64,000 nt of DNA. It comes from Acidimicrobiia bacterium. Lineage in GTDB: Bacteria > Actinomycetota > Acidimicrobiia > Spongiisociales > UBA11373. Shown piece by piece: positions 25,723-35,791 of the stretch. The stretch's first letter is position 1, and each line of letters begins with the position of its first letter. The stretch lies in assembly GCA_041551965.1 (NCBI GenBank), contig JBFELU010000004.1, forward strand, positions 1,483 through 65,482, in the 5' to 3' direction. A program made the translations under genes and the position numbers. The notes below the pieces were generated by a model. It had not been told where the DNA came from and searched no databases. It saw nothing but the letters and a program-made list of their open reading frames with translations.

Positions 25723-26787
25723 ATGCCCGGCGGAGACCAGGACCGTCGCCGTTTCGGTTGGCGAAGCGTCCTCAGGGCGACGATCTCGATTGGGATCGTC
25801 GCCGGGATCTTCATCGGTGTGTTTCCACGGATCGCCAACTACTCCGACGTGTGGGCCACGATCCGCGACTTCACCTGGCTCGAGGTCGTCACGCTGCTGG
25901 CGGTCGGCGTCTGGAACGTCATCACCTATTGGTTCGTGATGGTGGCCGTGCTTCCGGGGCTCACCTACCCGCAGGCGGCCGTGGTGAACCAGGCCTCCAC
26001 TGCGGTGAGCAACACCCTCCCGGGGGGCGGGGCGATCGGTGTCGCCGTCTCCTATGCCATGTACACGTCCTGGGGTTTCGGCAAGACCGACTTCGCCGAG
26101 GCCACTTTGATCTCGGGGCTCTGGAACAACTTCGTGAAGCTGGGCCTGCCGGTCGTGGCGCTGGCGCTTCTGGCCCTGACCGGCGAGGTCAACCCGGCGC
26201 TGGCCACGGCCGGGGTGATCGGGGTGGCCGTTCTGGTCGGAGCGATCGTGTTGTTTGCCCTGATGCTGCGCAGCGGAAACGTTGCCAAGAGGATGGGAGA
26301 CCTCGCCGCTCGGGTGTGGAGCTCGGTGCAGGTCCGCTTCGGCAGGAGCGCGGTCTCGGGATGGGGCGATGCCACCCGGAGCTTCTTCACCAAGACCGCC
26401 GGTCTGGTGCACGATCGGTGGCTCCGCATCACGGTGGCGGCGGTGGTGAGCCACCTCTCCCTCTATGTGGTGCTGCTCCTCAGCCTCCGCCACGTCGGCA
26501 TCGCCGAGGAGGAAGTGAGTTGGGCCCGGGTCCTGGCTGCCTTTGCGTTCGTCCGACTCATCTCGGCCCTCCCCGTCACACCCGGAGGGGTGGGGGTGGT
26601 CGAGCTCGGGTACACGGCCGCACTCGGGATCGGGCTCGGTGATGCAGCCCAGGCCCAGATCGTGGCAGCGGTGCTGGTGTTCCGCTTCGTCACCTTCGTG
26701 TTGCCGATCCCGGCCGGGGTGGTCTCGTACGTCTTCTGGCGGCGCAACCGCTCCTGGCGCAAGCCCGTCGCCGACCCTGAGAACTAG
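25723..26787 (+). CDS. lysylphosphatidylglycerol-synthase transmembrane-domain-like (flippase-like, UPF0104) membrane protein
   Basis: ATG at 25723. The protein is polytopic with a C-terminal ALPVTPGGVGVVE motif. The ~250 upstream codons of the track ORF are antisense to the PAP2 gene. Confidence 0.65.
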   Translation: MPGGDQDRRRFGWRSVLRATISIGIVAGIFIGVFPRIANYSDVWATIRDFTWLEVVTLLAVGVWNVITYWFVMVAVLPGLTYPQAAVVNQASTAVSNTLPGGGAIGVAVSYAMYTSWGFGKTDFAEATLISGLWNNFVKLGLPVVALALLALTGEVNPALATAGVIGVAVLVGAIVLFALMLRSGNVAKRMGDLAARVWSSVQVRFGRSAVSGWGDATRSFFTKTAGLVHDRWLRITVAAVVSHLSLYVVLLLSLRHVGIAEEEVSWARVLAAFAFVRLISALPVTPGGVGVVELGYTAALGIGLGDAAQAQIVAAVLVFRFVTFVLPIPAGVVSYVFWRRNRSWRKPVADPEN

Positions 26788-28217
26788 TCGGGATCGTGGG
26801 GGAGCGAGCCGCGGGCCGCTCGCAGGAACGCAAAGGGAGTGGCATGCAAGAAGTTCGAGACGCGGGACGTGTACACATCGGCGTACCGCTCGACCTGGCG
26901 GGCGAAGAGGCTCTTGTCGTTGCCGGACCGCATGAGCGGCCCCCAGGCCTCGTTGCGGATCTCTCCGGCCGCCCGGGCCAGGGGAGCGATCTCCTCGTCC
27001 AGGGCCGCCAGTTGTGACTTCAGGCCTTCGATCTCGGCCTCGGGATCTCCATCCGGGCCGGGCGGGCCGTAGCCGAGGCGGGTTCGCTGTGATGTCAGCC
27101 GGAGGGCGGCGAGCCTCTGCTCCATGGCCTCCTTGTCGGCCATCATCGCCTGCAGCCGGGCCTCCGAGGGCCGGAACGCCTCCAGCGCCTCGACCTCCGT
27201 CTCCAGCTCTCGGATCACCAGGGCGGTGCGCCACCGCAACATCGCCTTGGAGACGTGGACGTCGGCGAAGAGGTGATCGCCGACATAGAGGATCTGATCG
27301 CCGCTGAGCCCGAGGTGCTCCTCGAGGTCGGCGGCACATCCCCCGAAGTAGACGGCTCCCTTCTCGGGACGGCCGAGATGGGGTTCGAGCAGGGACCGAT
27401 CCTCGTCGACGATCCGGAACAGGGGATTGGCCCCCGAGAAGAATCCCGGCTTGGAGGCGGACACGATGACCATCTCGAAGAGGTCCCTCCACTCCGTTCC
27501 CTGTGGGAGGTAGGGATCGAAGGCGTACTCCATGATCTGGCGGGCGTAGGCCCACTCGGCGTTCGTGATGAGCAGCAACCGCTTCCCCGCGTGGAGTTGA
27601 TCGAGAAGCGTGAGCGGCACATCCGGGTCGCGAACGACGAAGCGGTCGGGGTCGGCGGTGATCTGTGCTTTGAGGTCGCCCTCCATGTGGGCCGCATCGA
27701 GGGTGGCTCGGACCCGGTGGTACAGGTCGGCGTAGCCGCGGACTCCGGGAAGGGAACCCCCGTCGTACAGGTCGACCAACTGGGCGTAGAGGGATGTCTC
27801 CGACAGCGAGAACAGGGTGTTGAGGAACACGAATCGGTCTTCGGCGAGGTCGACGAAGGTGCCGTGGTAGGTGCGGCGCAACGTGTCGAAGTCGAGGAAG
27901 GCCGTGCCGTGGGCGGCCCTGATCACGTAGCCGAATCGGGTCGGCTTCACCAGGTTGCCCTCCTCGAGGTCGATCGTGAGTCCGCGGATCACCCGGTCGG
28001 GGTTGAACGCCAACCGGTCCACCGGCCAGCCCAAATCGGCGAGGCGGCCCTTCGTCTGTTCGAAGGCGTGTCGTTCCCACTCCTCGACCCGATAGTGGAC
28101 GAGGGTGTAGTCCATGTCGTAGCCGATGGCGCGTATCGACCTGAGGTTGAGAGTCCGGTTTCCGTAGATCCGCTGCTCGGGTGGTGGCTGCTCGATCGGG
28201 GGCCTCCGTTCGGCCAT
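26784..28217 (-). CDS. HAD-superfamily cytosolic 5'-nucleotidase (cN-II-like, 5_nucleotid family)
   Basis: IYGNRTLNLRSIRAIGYDMDYTLVHY N-terminal signature, plus YVGDHLFADV. Confidence 0.8.
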   Translation of the reverse strand: MAERRPPIEQPPPEQRIYGNRTLNLRSIRAIGYDMDYTLVHYRVEEWERHAFEQTKGRLADLGWPVDRLAFNPDRVIRGLTIDLEEGNLVKPTRFGYVIRAAHGTAFLDFDTLRRTYHGTFVDLAEDRFVFLNTLFSLSETSLYAQLVDLYDGGSLPGVRGYADLYHRVRATLDAAHMEGDLKAQITADPDRFVVRDPDVPLTLLDQLHAGKRLLLITNAEWAYARQIMEYAFDPYLPQGTEWRDLFEMVIVSASKPGFFSGANPLFRIVDEDRSLLEPHLGRPEKGAVYFGGCAADLEEHLGLSGDQILYVGDHLFADVHVSKAMLRWRTALVIRELETEVEALEAFRPSEARLQAMMADKEAMEQRLAALRLTSQRTRLGYGPPGPDGDPEAEIEGLKSQLAALDEEIAPLARAAGEIRNEAWGPLMRSGNDKSLFARQVERYADVYTSRVSNFLHATPFAFLRAARGSLPHDPD

Positions 28218-28368
28218 GGTAGGTGGCGAAGAGCCGTCGCCGAAGGGACAACACGCCCGGGACCCGATCGCGTCACCCGAGCCTCGATACGGTGCCGAGC
28301 ACCGGGTGCCGTCCGTGCGGCCCCGGCGGTGCGACTCTCCTCCCGGGTCGTTCCGTGCCGAGTGGGCG

Positions 28369-28393
28369 ACGCCGCAGGCCGAACCTGCGGCGT
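28369..28393 (-). terminator. 10-bp GC-rich stem-loop (acgccgcagg ccgaa cctgcggcgt) downstream of the MscS gene stop
   Basis: An inverted repeat lies 8-32 nt beyond the stop, as read on the minus strand. There is no U-tract. Confidence 0.4.
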
Positions 28394-28400
28394 TCCCGCG

Positions 28401-29498
28401 TCAGGCCTCGCCCTCGCGGGGTCCGCCCGACTCGAACTCCTCGTCCTCGTCGCCGGTCCGGGGAGATCCTGAGGCATCCGCGACCTGGTGCATCCACACG
28501 GTGCGTTGGGGGAACGGGATCTGGATTCCCTCGACATCGAAGGCGGCTTTGAGGCGCTTGCGGATCTCGCGAGCCGTGGCGAATTGCTCACCCGGTTCGA
28601 CCTTGAGGACGAGGCGGATGGCGATCGCGGAGGCTCCGAAGGCCTCGACGCCCCATATCTCCGGCTCCTCGAGCACGGTGGCGTTGTCGAGTTGGTCTTC
28701 CCAGACCGAGTCGGCGACTTCCTTGATCACCCGGACGGCGTGATTGATGTTCGTGTCGTAGGCCACCTCCACGTCGAGCACGGCTCGGGCCCATTGCTGG
28801 GACTTGTTGCCCACCCGGCGGATCTCTCCGTTGGGGAAGAACCACACGGTGCCGTTGACGTCCCGCAGCCTGGTGGTGCGGAGCCCGACCTCTTCGACGA
28901 CGCCGGCGGCGTCGCCCACGTCGATGATGTCGCCGACGCCGTACTGGTCCTCGATGAGCATGAAGATCCCGCTCAGGAAGTCGCGTACCAGCGATTGAGC
29001 ACCGAACCCGAGGGCGACGCCCACGATCCCGGCGCCGGCGACGAGGGGTCCGAGGCTGATGCCGAACTCCGCCAGCGTGATCATCAGCGCAATCGTGTAG
29101 ATGACCAGCGAGGCGACGCTGCGCAGCACCGTGCCCAGCGCCTGCGCTCGCTGCATACCGCGCTCGGCCTGATCGGTCAGGAAGCGCGCCTTGACGGCGG
29201 CCCGCTCTCGGAGCACCGCCAGCCTGCTGTCGGCTTCCTCCTGGCGGCGTTCCTTTGCCTTCTCCTCGCGTTCCCGCACGAGCCGATCGACGAAGCGATT
29301 GACGGCCCTGCGGACGAGGCGATTCACGACGAACGCCAGCAAGAGGATCAGGATGACCTTGACCGGTTTGGCGATGAACCACTCGGTGACCTCGGCGATG
29401 TCTTCGTTGCCGGTGAGGTCGTAGACCCATTCACAAACGAGGCCGGGGGAGTCACCGCAGGCCTCGACGAGGCCCGGGTCCACCTGAAACAGTGTCAT
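28401..29498 (-). CDS. mechanosensitive ion channel, MscS family
   Basis: Start MTLFQVD with GGAGG upstream. The protein has TM helices plus the conserved MscS beta-domain (GDIIDVGDAAGVVEEVGLRTTRLRDVNGTVWFFPNGEI). The rest of the 758-aa track ORF is antisense to the protease gene. Confidence 0.85.
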   Translation of the reverse strand: MTLFQVDPGLVEACGDSPGLVCEWVYDLTGNEDIAEVTEWFIAKPVKVILILLLAFVVNRLVRRAVNRFVDRLVREREEKAKERRQEEADSRLAVLRERAAVKARFLTDQAERGMQRAQALGTVLRSVASLVIYTIALMITLAEFGISLGPLVAGAGIVGVALGFGAQSLVRDFLSGIFMLIEDQYGVGDIIDVGDAAGVVEEVGLRTTRLRDVNGTVWFFPNGEIRRVGNKSQQWARAVLDVEVAYDTNINHAVRVIKEVADSVWEDQLDNATVLEEPEIWGVEAFGASAIAIRLVLKVEPGEQFATAREIRKRLKAAFDVEGIQIPFPQRTVWMHQVADASGSPRTGDEDEEFESGGPREGEA

Positions 29499-29834
29499 CG
29501 CAGCAACCTCCGTGGTGGTGAACCTACCGGCTGGACCGGGTCCGGCCCAAAAGAGAGGCGGCGACTTGCGCCGGCAGGCTTGCCGGCCGGGAGGTGGCGA
29601 TGGACGAATGCCGGCGGGCCAACCGTGCCAACCGGGACGATCGGGTCTGTCCTCGGGGCCGGGCTGCACCTCACTGCACTCGAAGAGCATCGGACGCTGG
29701 AGTGGCAGGGCCTGCCTCACATGGAGGAGGGAGACGGCCTGTGGCGTCCCCCGGACGACCAGGCCGACTCGGCGCCGCTCATGTACACGCTCACGGCGGT
29801 CAAGCCGGAGGTCTCGGGGTAGGGTGGCCGCCAC

Positions 29835-31667
29835 ATGCTCCGGGAGAGATCGATGCCCCGCCGTGCCCTGACCGCACTCGCCGCAGTGGCAGTGGCCGTG
29901 CCGCTCCTGGCGGCCCCGACGCATGCCGTCGGGCCTTTCCCCGAAGGGGAGGGGCCACAGGTGCGCATCATCAACGGCGGCGAGGTGGAACCCCCCGGGA
30001 AGTACCCCTTCATGGTCGCCATCGTGGCTCGGGGCGCCGACTCCTACAACGGCCAGTACTGCGGGGGGTCCTTGATCGCCGACCGCTGGGTGCTGTCGGC
30101 CGCCCACTGCCTCGTCGGCGAATCGGCATCCACCGTCGACGTCGTGATCGGTCGCCACGACCTGACCAGCAACGCCGGGACCCGGATCCGGGCCGAGTCG
30201 ATCGTGATGCACCCCGACTACAACGATCGGACCTCCAACAACGACATCGCCCTGATCGAGCTTCGCGATCCTGTCTCCGAGCAGCCGCTGAGCCTCCCTC
30301 CGGACGAGTCCCTGGACGCTCCGGGCCGCACCGCCACGGTGATCGGGTGGGGCAACGTCGACGCCAACCGCTCCAAGGCGCCCCGGGAGACCTGGCCCAC
30401 CAACCTGATGGAGGTCGATCTGCCCCTGGTGGGCAACGACGATTGCCGATCCCACTACGGAACCGACTTCCGGGCGAACACCATGCTCTGTGCCGGCGGC
30501 AACGGACTCGACAGCTGTCAGGGTGACAGCGGCGGACCCCTGTTCCTCTCCACATCGGGCGGCTGGACCCAGGTGGGAATCGTGTCCTGGGGAGACGGGT
30601 GCGGCCAGTCCTGGCCCGGCGTCTACACCCGGGTCTCCACCTATGTGTCGTGGATCACCCAGGTGTCGGGGGTCCAACCCGGCGAGGGCGGTTCGGAAAA
30701 CGGTGGTGACACGGAGGGCGTGTTCTGCGCCGGGCGGCAGGCCACCATTGCCGGCACGGCCGGGGACGACTTTCTCGTCGGGACCTCGGGACGGGACGTC
30801 ATCGCCGGGCTGGGCGGCAACGACATCATCCAGGGCCTCGGTGGCAACGACGTGATCTGTGGTGGCGCCGGGGACGACGACCTCCGGGGCGACGGAGGGG
30901 CCGACCGCATCTTCGGCGGCGTCGGGAACGATCTTCTCGAGGGCGGCGCCGGCAACGACAAGCTGAAGGGTCAGAAAGGGAACGACGACCTCCTCGGCGG
31001 CGACGGTGGCGACCGGCTCGTCGGAAACGCTGGGTCGGACTACCTTCTCGGCGGCGCCGGTGACGACATCCTCAAAGGCGGGAGCGGAGCCGACTTCCTG
31101 ATCGGCACCCCCGGTTTCGACCAGGACAACGGAGGCGGCGGCTCCGACGAGTGCGACGACGACGACGACGAATTCACGATGTGCGAGACCGTCGTCGACC
31201 TCGAGGGCGGCGTGGTCGTCTCCGACGAACTCGACCCTTCACTCCAAGCCACCTTCCGGTCGCCGAAGCTCACCTCCGGCTTCTTGCCGGATCCCTGGAG
31301 GAGGCAGGCCGCCTCCGGCGGCGGCATCGACGTCTTCTACCTGGGCGGCGGGTGCCTGGGATTTGCGGCGCAGGCACCCGACTTCGAGCTGACCTGGAGC
31401 GGCGGGGGCTCGCTGCTGCGGATGTACTTCGTGGCCGACTTCGGCGACACCACGCTTGTGGTCAGGGACCCCTCCGGGGACTGGCATTGCAACGACGACT
31501 GGGAGCCCGGCTCCACGCTGGACCCGGGGATCGATTTCGTCGGCCCCGAGAACGGGGTATACGACATCTGGATCGGCAGCTACTTCGAGGGCGATTCCCT
31601 CGGCGGCCGGTTCTCAATCACCGAGAGGGGCTTCTGCGACCCGCTGAATCCCTGTGCGCCCTTCTGA
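29835..31667 (+). CDS. secreted trypsin-like serine protease (S1) with RTX-type Ca-binding repeats and a C-terminal pre-peptidase (PPC)-like domain
   Basis: Signal peptide, then IINGGE, AAHC (His), NDIALIEL (Asp) and GDSGGPL (Ser). The GGxGxD repeat block includes IIQGLGGNDVICGGAGDDDLRGDGGADRIFGG. The C-terminal beta-rich domain is PPC-like. Confidence 0.85.
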   Translation: MLRERSMPRRALTALAAVAVAVPLLAAPTHAVGPFPEGEGPQVRIINGGEVEPPGKYPFMVAIVARGADSYNGQYCGGSLIADRWVLSAAHCLVGESASTVDVVIGRHDLTSNAGTRIRAESIVMHPDYNDRTSNNDIALIELRDPVSEQPLSLPPDESLDAPGRTATVIGWGNVDANRSKAPRETWPTNLMEVDLPLVGNDDCRSHYGTDFRANTMLCAGGNGLDSCQGDSGGPLFLSTSGGWTQVGIVSWGDGCGQSWPGVYTRVSTYVSWITQVSGVQPGEGGSENGGDTEGVFCAGRQATIAGTAGDDFLVGTSGRDVIAGLGGNDIIQGLGGNDVICGGAGDDDLRGDGGADRIFGGVGNDLLEGGAGNDKLKGQKGNDDLLGGDGGDRLVGNAGSDYLLGGAGDDILKGGSGADFLIGTPGFDQDNGGGGSDECDDDDDEFTMCETVVDLEGGVVVSDELDPSLQATFRSPKLTSGFLPDPWRRQAASGGGIDVFYLGGGCLGFAAQAPDFELTWSGGGSLLRMYFVADFGDTTLVVRDPSGDWHCNDDWEPGSTLDPGIDFVGPENGVYDIWIGSYFEGDSLGGRFSITERGFCDPLNPCAPF

Positions 31668-31696
31668 GCCGGGGCCCGGACCCGCCGGGCCCCGGC
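31668..31696 (+). terminator. 12-bp perfect stem-loop gccggggcccgg acccg ccgggccccggc immediately after the protease stop
   Basis: Visible in the sequence. It is followed by TACAAT at 31698-31703, about 30 nt before the plsY TTG start, which is a candidate -10 box. Confidence 0.6.
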
Positions 31697-31733
31697 CGTA
31701 CAATGCGCCCATGAGCCAGACGGTGCCGGCCCG

Positions 31734-32351
31734 TTGACCGTGCTCCGAGTCGTGCTCGTGCTGGTGGGCGCCTACCTGCTCGGCGCCTTGCCGTTCTCGC
31801 AGATCGTGGCCCGCCTCGCCGCTCGGGTCGACCTGCGGCGCACCGGGACGGGGACCGTGTCCGGGACCGCAGTCTTCGAGGTCGCCGGCTTCGTCCCGGT
31901 GGCGATCGCCGGGGTGCTCGACATCCTCAAGGGCGTTGTCGCGGTGCTCCCGATGGCCGGCAGTCGGCCGTGGGCGGCGGCACTGGCCGGAGGACTCGCC
32001 GTGGTGGGCCACAACTGGTCGGTGTTTCTCAAGGGAGCCGGGGGCCGGGGTATCGCCCCCGCACTCGGGGCCACGGTGGTGCTGGCACCCGAGGGAACGC
32101 TGGTGCTCGCGTTCGGCCTCGCCCTGGGCCGGCTCGCCCGCCGAACGGGCCTGGGTTCGTTCCTCGCCCAGGCCCTTCTGACGCCGGTGCTGGTCGTGGT
32201 CGACGGCGCCCATGGCGCCCTGCTGGGCTCGGTCCTGGTGGCGCCGATGTGGCTGAAACGGATGATGGGGAATCGCCCCCCACCGCCTCCGAAGGCCGCC
32301 GCGGCACTGCACCGTCTCGTCTTCGATCACGACCGGGGCTCGGGGCCATGA
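31734..32351 (+). CDS. plsY: glycerol-3-phosphate acyltransferase PlsY
   Basis: TTG start. TM protein with DLRRTGTGTVSGT (G-x-G-N-x-G-A-T-N-like) and GHNWSVFLKGAGGRG motifs. Confidence 0.75.
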   Translation: MTVLRVVLVLVGAYLLGALPFSQIVARLAARVDLRRTGTGTVSGTAVFEVAGFVPVAIAGVLDILKGVVAVLPMAGSRPWAAALAGGLAVVGHNWSVFLKGAGGRGIAPALGATVVLAPEGTLVLAFGLALGRLARRTGLGSFLAQALLTPVLVVVDGAHGALLGSVLVAPMWLKRMMGNRPPPPPKAAAALHRLVFDHDRGSGP

Positions 32352-33175
32352 CGGTGCGGGTGATCACCGACAGCGCCGCCGCCCTCGACGCCGCCACCGC
32401 TGCCGAGCACGGCATCACGGTGGTCCCGATCCTGGTCACCATCGGCGACACCACCTATCGAGACGGCGAGCTCCCCCTTCCCGAGTTGCTCGAACGTCTC
32501 GGCGAAGGAGTCACGACGTCGGGGCCTTCGCCGGGTGCCTTCGCGCAGGCCTTGAGCGACGCCGCCGACGGGGCGGTCGTGGTCACCGTCGCCGGGTCCC
32601 TCTCCAGCACCTTCCGATCGGCCACCGTGGCCGGCCGTGAGTACCGCCACCCGCTCGAGATCATCGACAGCGGATCGGCGGCCGGCGCCCAGGCCCTGGT
32701 GGCCCTGCACGCGGCGCGGATCGCCCGGGATGGGGGCGGCGTCGCCGAGATCGCCGCGGCCGCCCGGTCGGCGGCGGCACGGGTCCGTCTCGTCGGCGTG
32801 CTCGACACGCTCGAATTCCTGGTGAGGGGCGGGCGGGTGCCCGGGCTGGTGGGGAGCATCGCCGGAACCCTTCGGATCAAGCCCTTGTTCGAATTGAGTG
32901 CCGGACGGGTTCACCGGTTGCGGCCGGCCTTCAGCCGGACCTCGGCCGTGCAGCGGATCGTCACCGCCTTCGAGCGATCCCGCCCTTCCGGGGGGGTCGC
33001 CCACTGTGCCGCGGTGCACGCCGACGCCGAAACCGAGGCTCGGGCACTTCTGGAACGGGTGAAGGCCGGAGCGGCCACGGCGTTGATCTCCGGTTTCGGC
33101 CCCGGCATGGTCGCCCACGCCGGGCCGGGGGTCGTCGGACTGGCGTGGTGGTGGGAGGACCGGGGGGAGGCCTGA
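32348..33175 (+). CDS. DegV-family fatty-acid-binding protein (FakB-like)
   Basis: ATGA overlap with plsY. Begins MTVRVITDSAA...ITVVPI... Confidence 0.8.
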   Translation: MTVRVITDSAAALDAATAAEHGITVVPILVTIGDTTYRDGELPLPELLERLGEGVTTSGPSPGAFAQALSDAADGAVVVTVAGSLSSTFRSATVAGREYRHPLEIIDSGSAAGAQALVALHAARIARDGGGVAEIAAAARSAAARVRLVGVLDTLEFLVRGGRVPGLVGSIAGTLRIKPLFELSAGRVHRLRPAFSRTSAVQRIVTAFERSRPSGGVAHCAAVHADAETEARALLERVKAGAATALISGFGPGMVAHAGPGVVGLAWWWEDRGEA

Positions 33176-33179
33176 CGGC

Positions 33180-33602
33180 ATGGAGCCGACCCGGCGTTTC
33201 GAGGTCCTCTCCCATACCGCCGACACCGGCATCATCGCCTACGGCTCGACCCTGCCGGGGCTCTTCGAGCACGCCGCCTACGGCATGTTCTCCCTCATGT
33301 TCGATCTGGGTGAGGGTGCATCTCCCGTGAGTCGTTCCCTCGTGGCCGCGGGTGACACGGTCGAGGAGCTCCTCGTCGCCTGGCTCGGCGAGACGCTGGC
33401 GGTCGCCGAGATCGAGGATCTGGCCTTCTCGTCGTTCACCGTCGATCGCCTCGAGGAGGGCGGGGTCCAGGGAGCGGCGGCCGGCTCACCGGCCGAAGAG
33501 GCGGTGTTGATCGGGCCTCCGATCAAGGCGGTGACCTTCCACGATCTCGCCGTGGTGGAGATCCCCGATGGGTGGTGGGCGAGGATCATCTTCGACGTCT
33601 GA
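33180..33602 (+). CDS. archease (RtcB activator)
   Basis: [13 protein letters not shown]-terminal signature. Confidence 0.8.
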   Translation: MEPTRRFEVLSHTADTGIIAYGSTLPGLFEHAAYGMFSLMFDLGEGASPVSRSLVAAGDTVEELLVAWLGETLAVAEIEDLAFSSFTVDRLEEGGVQGAAAGSPAEEAVLIGPPIKAVTFHDLAVVEIPDGWWARIIFDV

Positions 33603-33618
33603 TCCGTACAGTTGTCCC

Positions 33619-35037
33619 ATGGGTTTCCGCCGTGTCGCCGATGTGGTCTGGGAGCTCGCACCCGAGGGCGAGATGCGGGTTCCCGGCCGGGTCTTCGCCT
33701 CCGAGGGGCTCTTCGAAAGGGCCGAGGCCGACCGGGCGGTGGGTCAGGTGGCCAACGTGGCCCACCTCCCCGGGATCGTGGAGGCATCGTTCGCCATGCC
33801 GGATATCCATTGGGGTTACGGGTTCCCGATCGGGGGCGTGGCGGCCACCGACGTCGCGGCCGGCGGCGTCGTCTCCCCGGGCGGCGTGGGGTTCGACATC
33901 TGCTGCGGGGTCAGGCTCCTGCGTTCTGATTTGGAGGCCGGGGACTTCAAGGCCCGGGAACCGGCGATCATGGCCGAGTTGGATGCCCGCATTCCGCGTG
34001 GGTTGGGCAAGGGGGCCGTGGCCGGCCGCAGGCTCCTCGACGGCGTCCTGGAAAGGGGAGCGGCGGCCGCCGTCGATGCCGGTTACGGGGCCGATACCGA
34101 CTTGGATCGCTGCGAAGAGCGGGGCACTTCGGCGGGGGCCCGACCGGACCTGATCACGGCCCGGGCCCGCGAGCGGGGCGGACGACAGCTGGGCTCGCTG
34201 GGGGCCGGAAACCATTTCCTCGAGGTGCAGGTGGTCGATCGGGTCGCCGATCGTGGCGTCGCGGCGATCCTCGGCTTGGAGGAGGGATCGGTCTGCGTGA
34301 TGATCCACTGCGGGAGCCGCGGCCTGGGTCATCAGACCTGTTCCGATCACCTGGCGGTGATGGGCAAGGCGATGGCGGCCCACGGCATCTCGGTTCCCGA
34401 TCGGCAACTGGCCAGCGTTCCGGTGGCCAGCCACGAGGGGGAGCGCTACCTCGGAGCGATGGCGGCGGCCGCCAACTTCGCCTGGGCCAATCGCCACATC
34501 CTGGCTCACGCCGCCCGGCAGGCGTTCGCCGCAGGTCTCGGCGGCGCCGACCCCGGGCTGAGTCTCGTCTACGACGTGGCTCACAACCTCGCCAAGATCG
34601 AGGATCACGAAGTCCGGGGTGCAACCCGTCGCCTCTGCGTCCACCGCAAGGGCGCCACGAGGGCCTTCGGCCCGGGGCACCCCGATCTGCCGGGTGCGCT
34701 GGCGGAAATCGGTCAGCCGGTCCTCGTTCCCGGCAGCATGGGAACCGCCTCGTGGGTACTCCGCGGCGTCGCCGGCAACCCGGCCTTTGCCTCCGCCGCC
34801 CACGGGGCGGGGCGGGTGATGAGCCGCAAGGCCGCCAAGCGGGAGCGGAGCGGCGGCGACGTCAAGGCAGACCTCGAAGCCGAGGGAATCGCCGTCCGAC
34901 CGGGGTCGGTGTCGTTGCTGTCGGAGGAGGCACCCTACGCCTACAAGGACGTCGACGAGGTCGTGGAGGTGTGCCGGCGGGCAGGTCTCGCCTCCCCGGT
35001 GGCCCGTCTCCGCCCCCTCGGGGTCGTGAAGGGGTGA
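33619..35037 (+). CDS. rtcB: RNA-splicing ligase RtcB
   Basis: [45 protein letters not shown] and the C-terminal HGAGR motifs. Confidence 0.9.
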   Translation: MGFRRVADVVWELAPEGEMRVPGRVFASEGLFERAEADRAVGQVANVAHLPGIVEASFAMPDIHWGYGFPIGGVAATDVAAGGVVSPGGVGFDICCGVRLLRSDLEAGDFKAREPAIMAELDARIPRGLGKGAVAGRRLLDGVLERGAAAAVDAGYGADTDLDRCEERGTSAGARPDLITARARERGGRQLGSLGAGNHFLEVQVVDRVADRGVAAILGLEEGSVCVMIHCGSRGLGHQTCSDHLAVMGKAMAAHGISVPDRQLASVPVASHEGERYLGAMAAAANFAWANRHILAHAARQAFAAGLGGADPGLSLVYDVAHNLAKIEDHEVRGATRRLCVHRKGATRAFGPGHPDLPGALAEIGQPVLVPGSMGTASWVLRGVAGNPAFASAAHGAGRVMSRKAAKRERSGGDVKADLEAEGIAVRPGSVSLLSEEAPYAYKDVDEVVEVCRRAGLASPVARLRPLGVVKG

Positions 35038-35329
35038 GTTCGGCGCTCGCATGACGATGGCCGCAGAGGTGGACCGCGAAATCGAAGGGCCGATGCGGCG
35101 AACCCACGGATCTCGATCCACCCGTCAACCCGGTCTCTGCACTGGAAGTGACCGGCACGCAGGAGAGGGCGATCGAGTGAACCGATGGGCCGGGGAGGGC
35201 CGGTTGCATGCGGGTCCCGGCATGTCGCCACGGTGGGGTGTAGATTCCCGCTTGAGCGGGACTCCCGGTGGTTCGTGAGTCCCAAGGAACCTCGCGGTGA
35301 TACCGCGATCGTCCTCAGGAGGGGTTTGG

Positions 35330-35791
35330 ATGAGTTTTGAGGAGTTCCTCGCGTTTATTCACGTAGTGGCCTCCATCGTGTGGGTGGGTGGCGCCATCGG
35401 CTTCGAGTACACCGCCCACGGTGCCGTGAAGCGTGGCGATGACGAGAGCATGAAGCTCCTGGCCAGGGACGCCGACCGGATCGGTGTCATCTTCGGCATC
35501 AGCTCTGCACTCGTCCTCGGTTTCGGCATTTGGGCGGTCGTCGATCGCTCCTACATCTCGTTTGCGGACACCTGGATCTGGTTGTCGCTTGTGATCACCG
35601 GTGTCTTGTTCATGATGGGCCCGCTGTTCTTCATGCCCAACGCAAAGAGGCTGATCGCCGACTCGGAGACGAAGGGTGGAACCCATCCGGACGTGGTGAC
35701 GCGAGCCAAGCGCGTCCTCACCGTCGCCCATCTCGATTCGGCTGCAGCGCTCTTTGTCGTCTACCTCATGGTGGTGAAACCGGGCGCTTGA
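35330..35791 (+). CDS. DUF2269-like integral membrane protein
   Basis: ATG after AGGAGGGG. Four TM helices. Confidence 0.6.
   Translation: MSFEEFLAFIHVVASIVWVGGAIGFEYTAHGAVKRGDDESMKLLARDADRIGVIFGISSALVLGFGIWAVVDRSYISFADTWIWLSLVITGVLFMMGPLFFMPNAKRLIADSETKGGTHPDVVTRAKRVLTVAHLDSAAALFVVYLMVVKPGA

Noticed and set aside
25684-28254. 856-aa ORF on the minus strand
   Set aside because: It spans two real genes, out of frame. The 5'-nucleotidase lies in another frame of the same strand, and the + strand carries the LPG-synthase-like gene. Its composition is R/P/G-rich.
28401-30677. 758-aa track ORF on the minus strand
   Set aside because: Only the C-terminal 365 aa (28401..29498) form an MscS channel. 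The upstream 390 codons run antisense to the S1 protease gene and read as noise, so the gene was truncated to the ATG with a GGAGG upstream.
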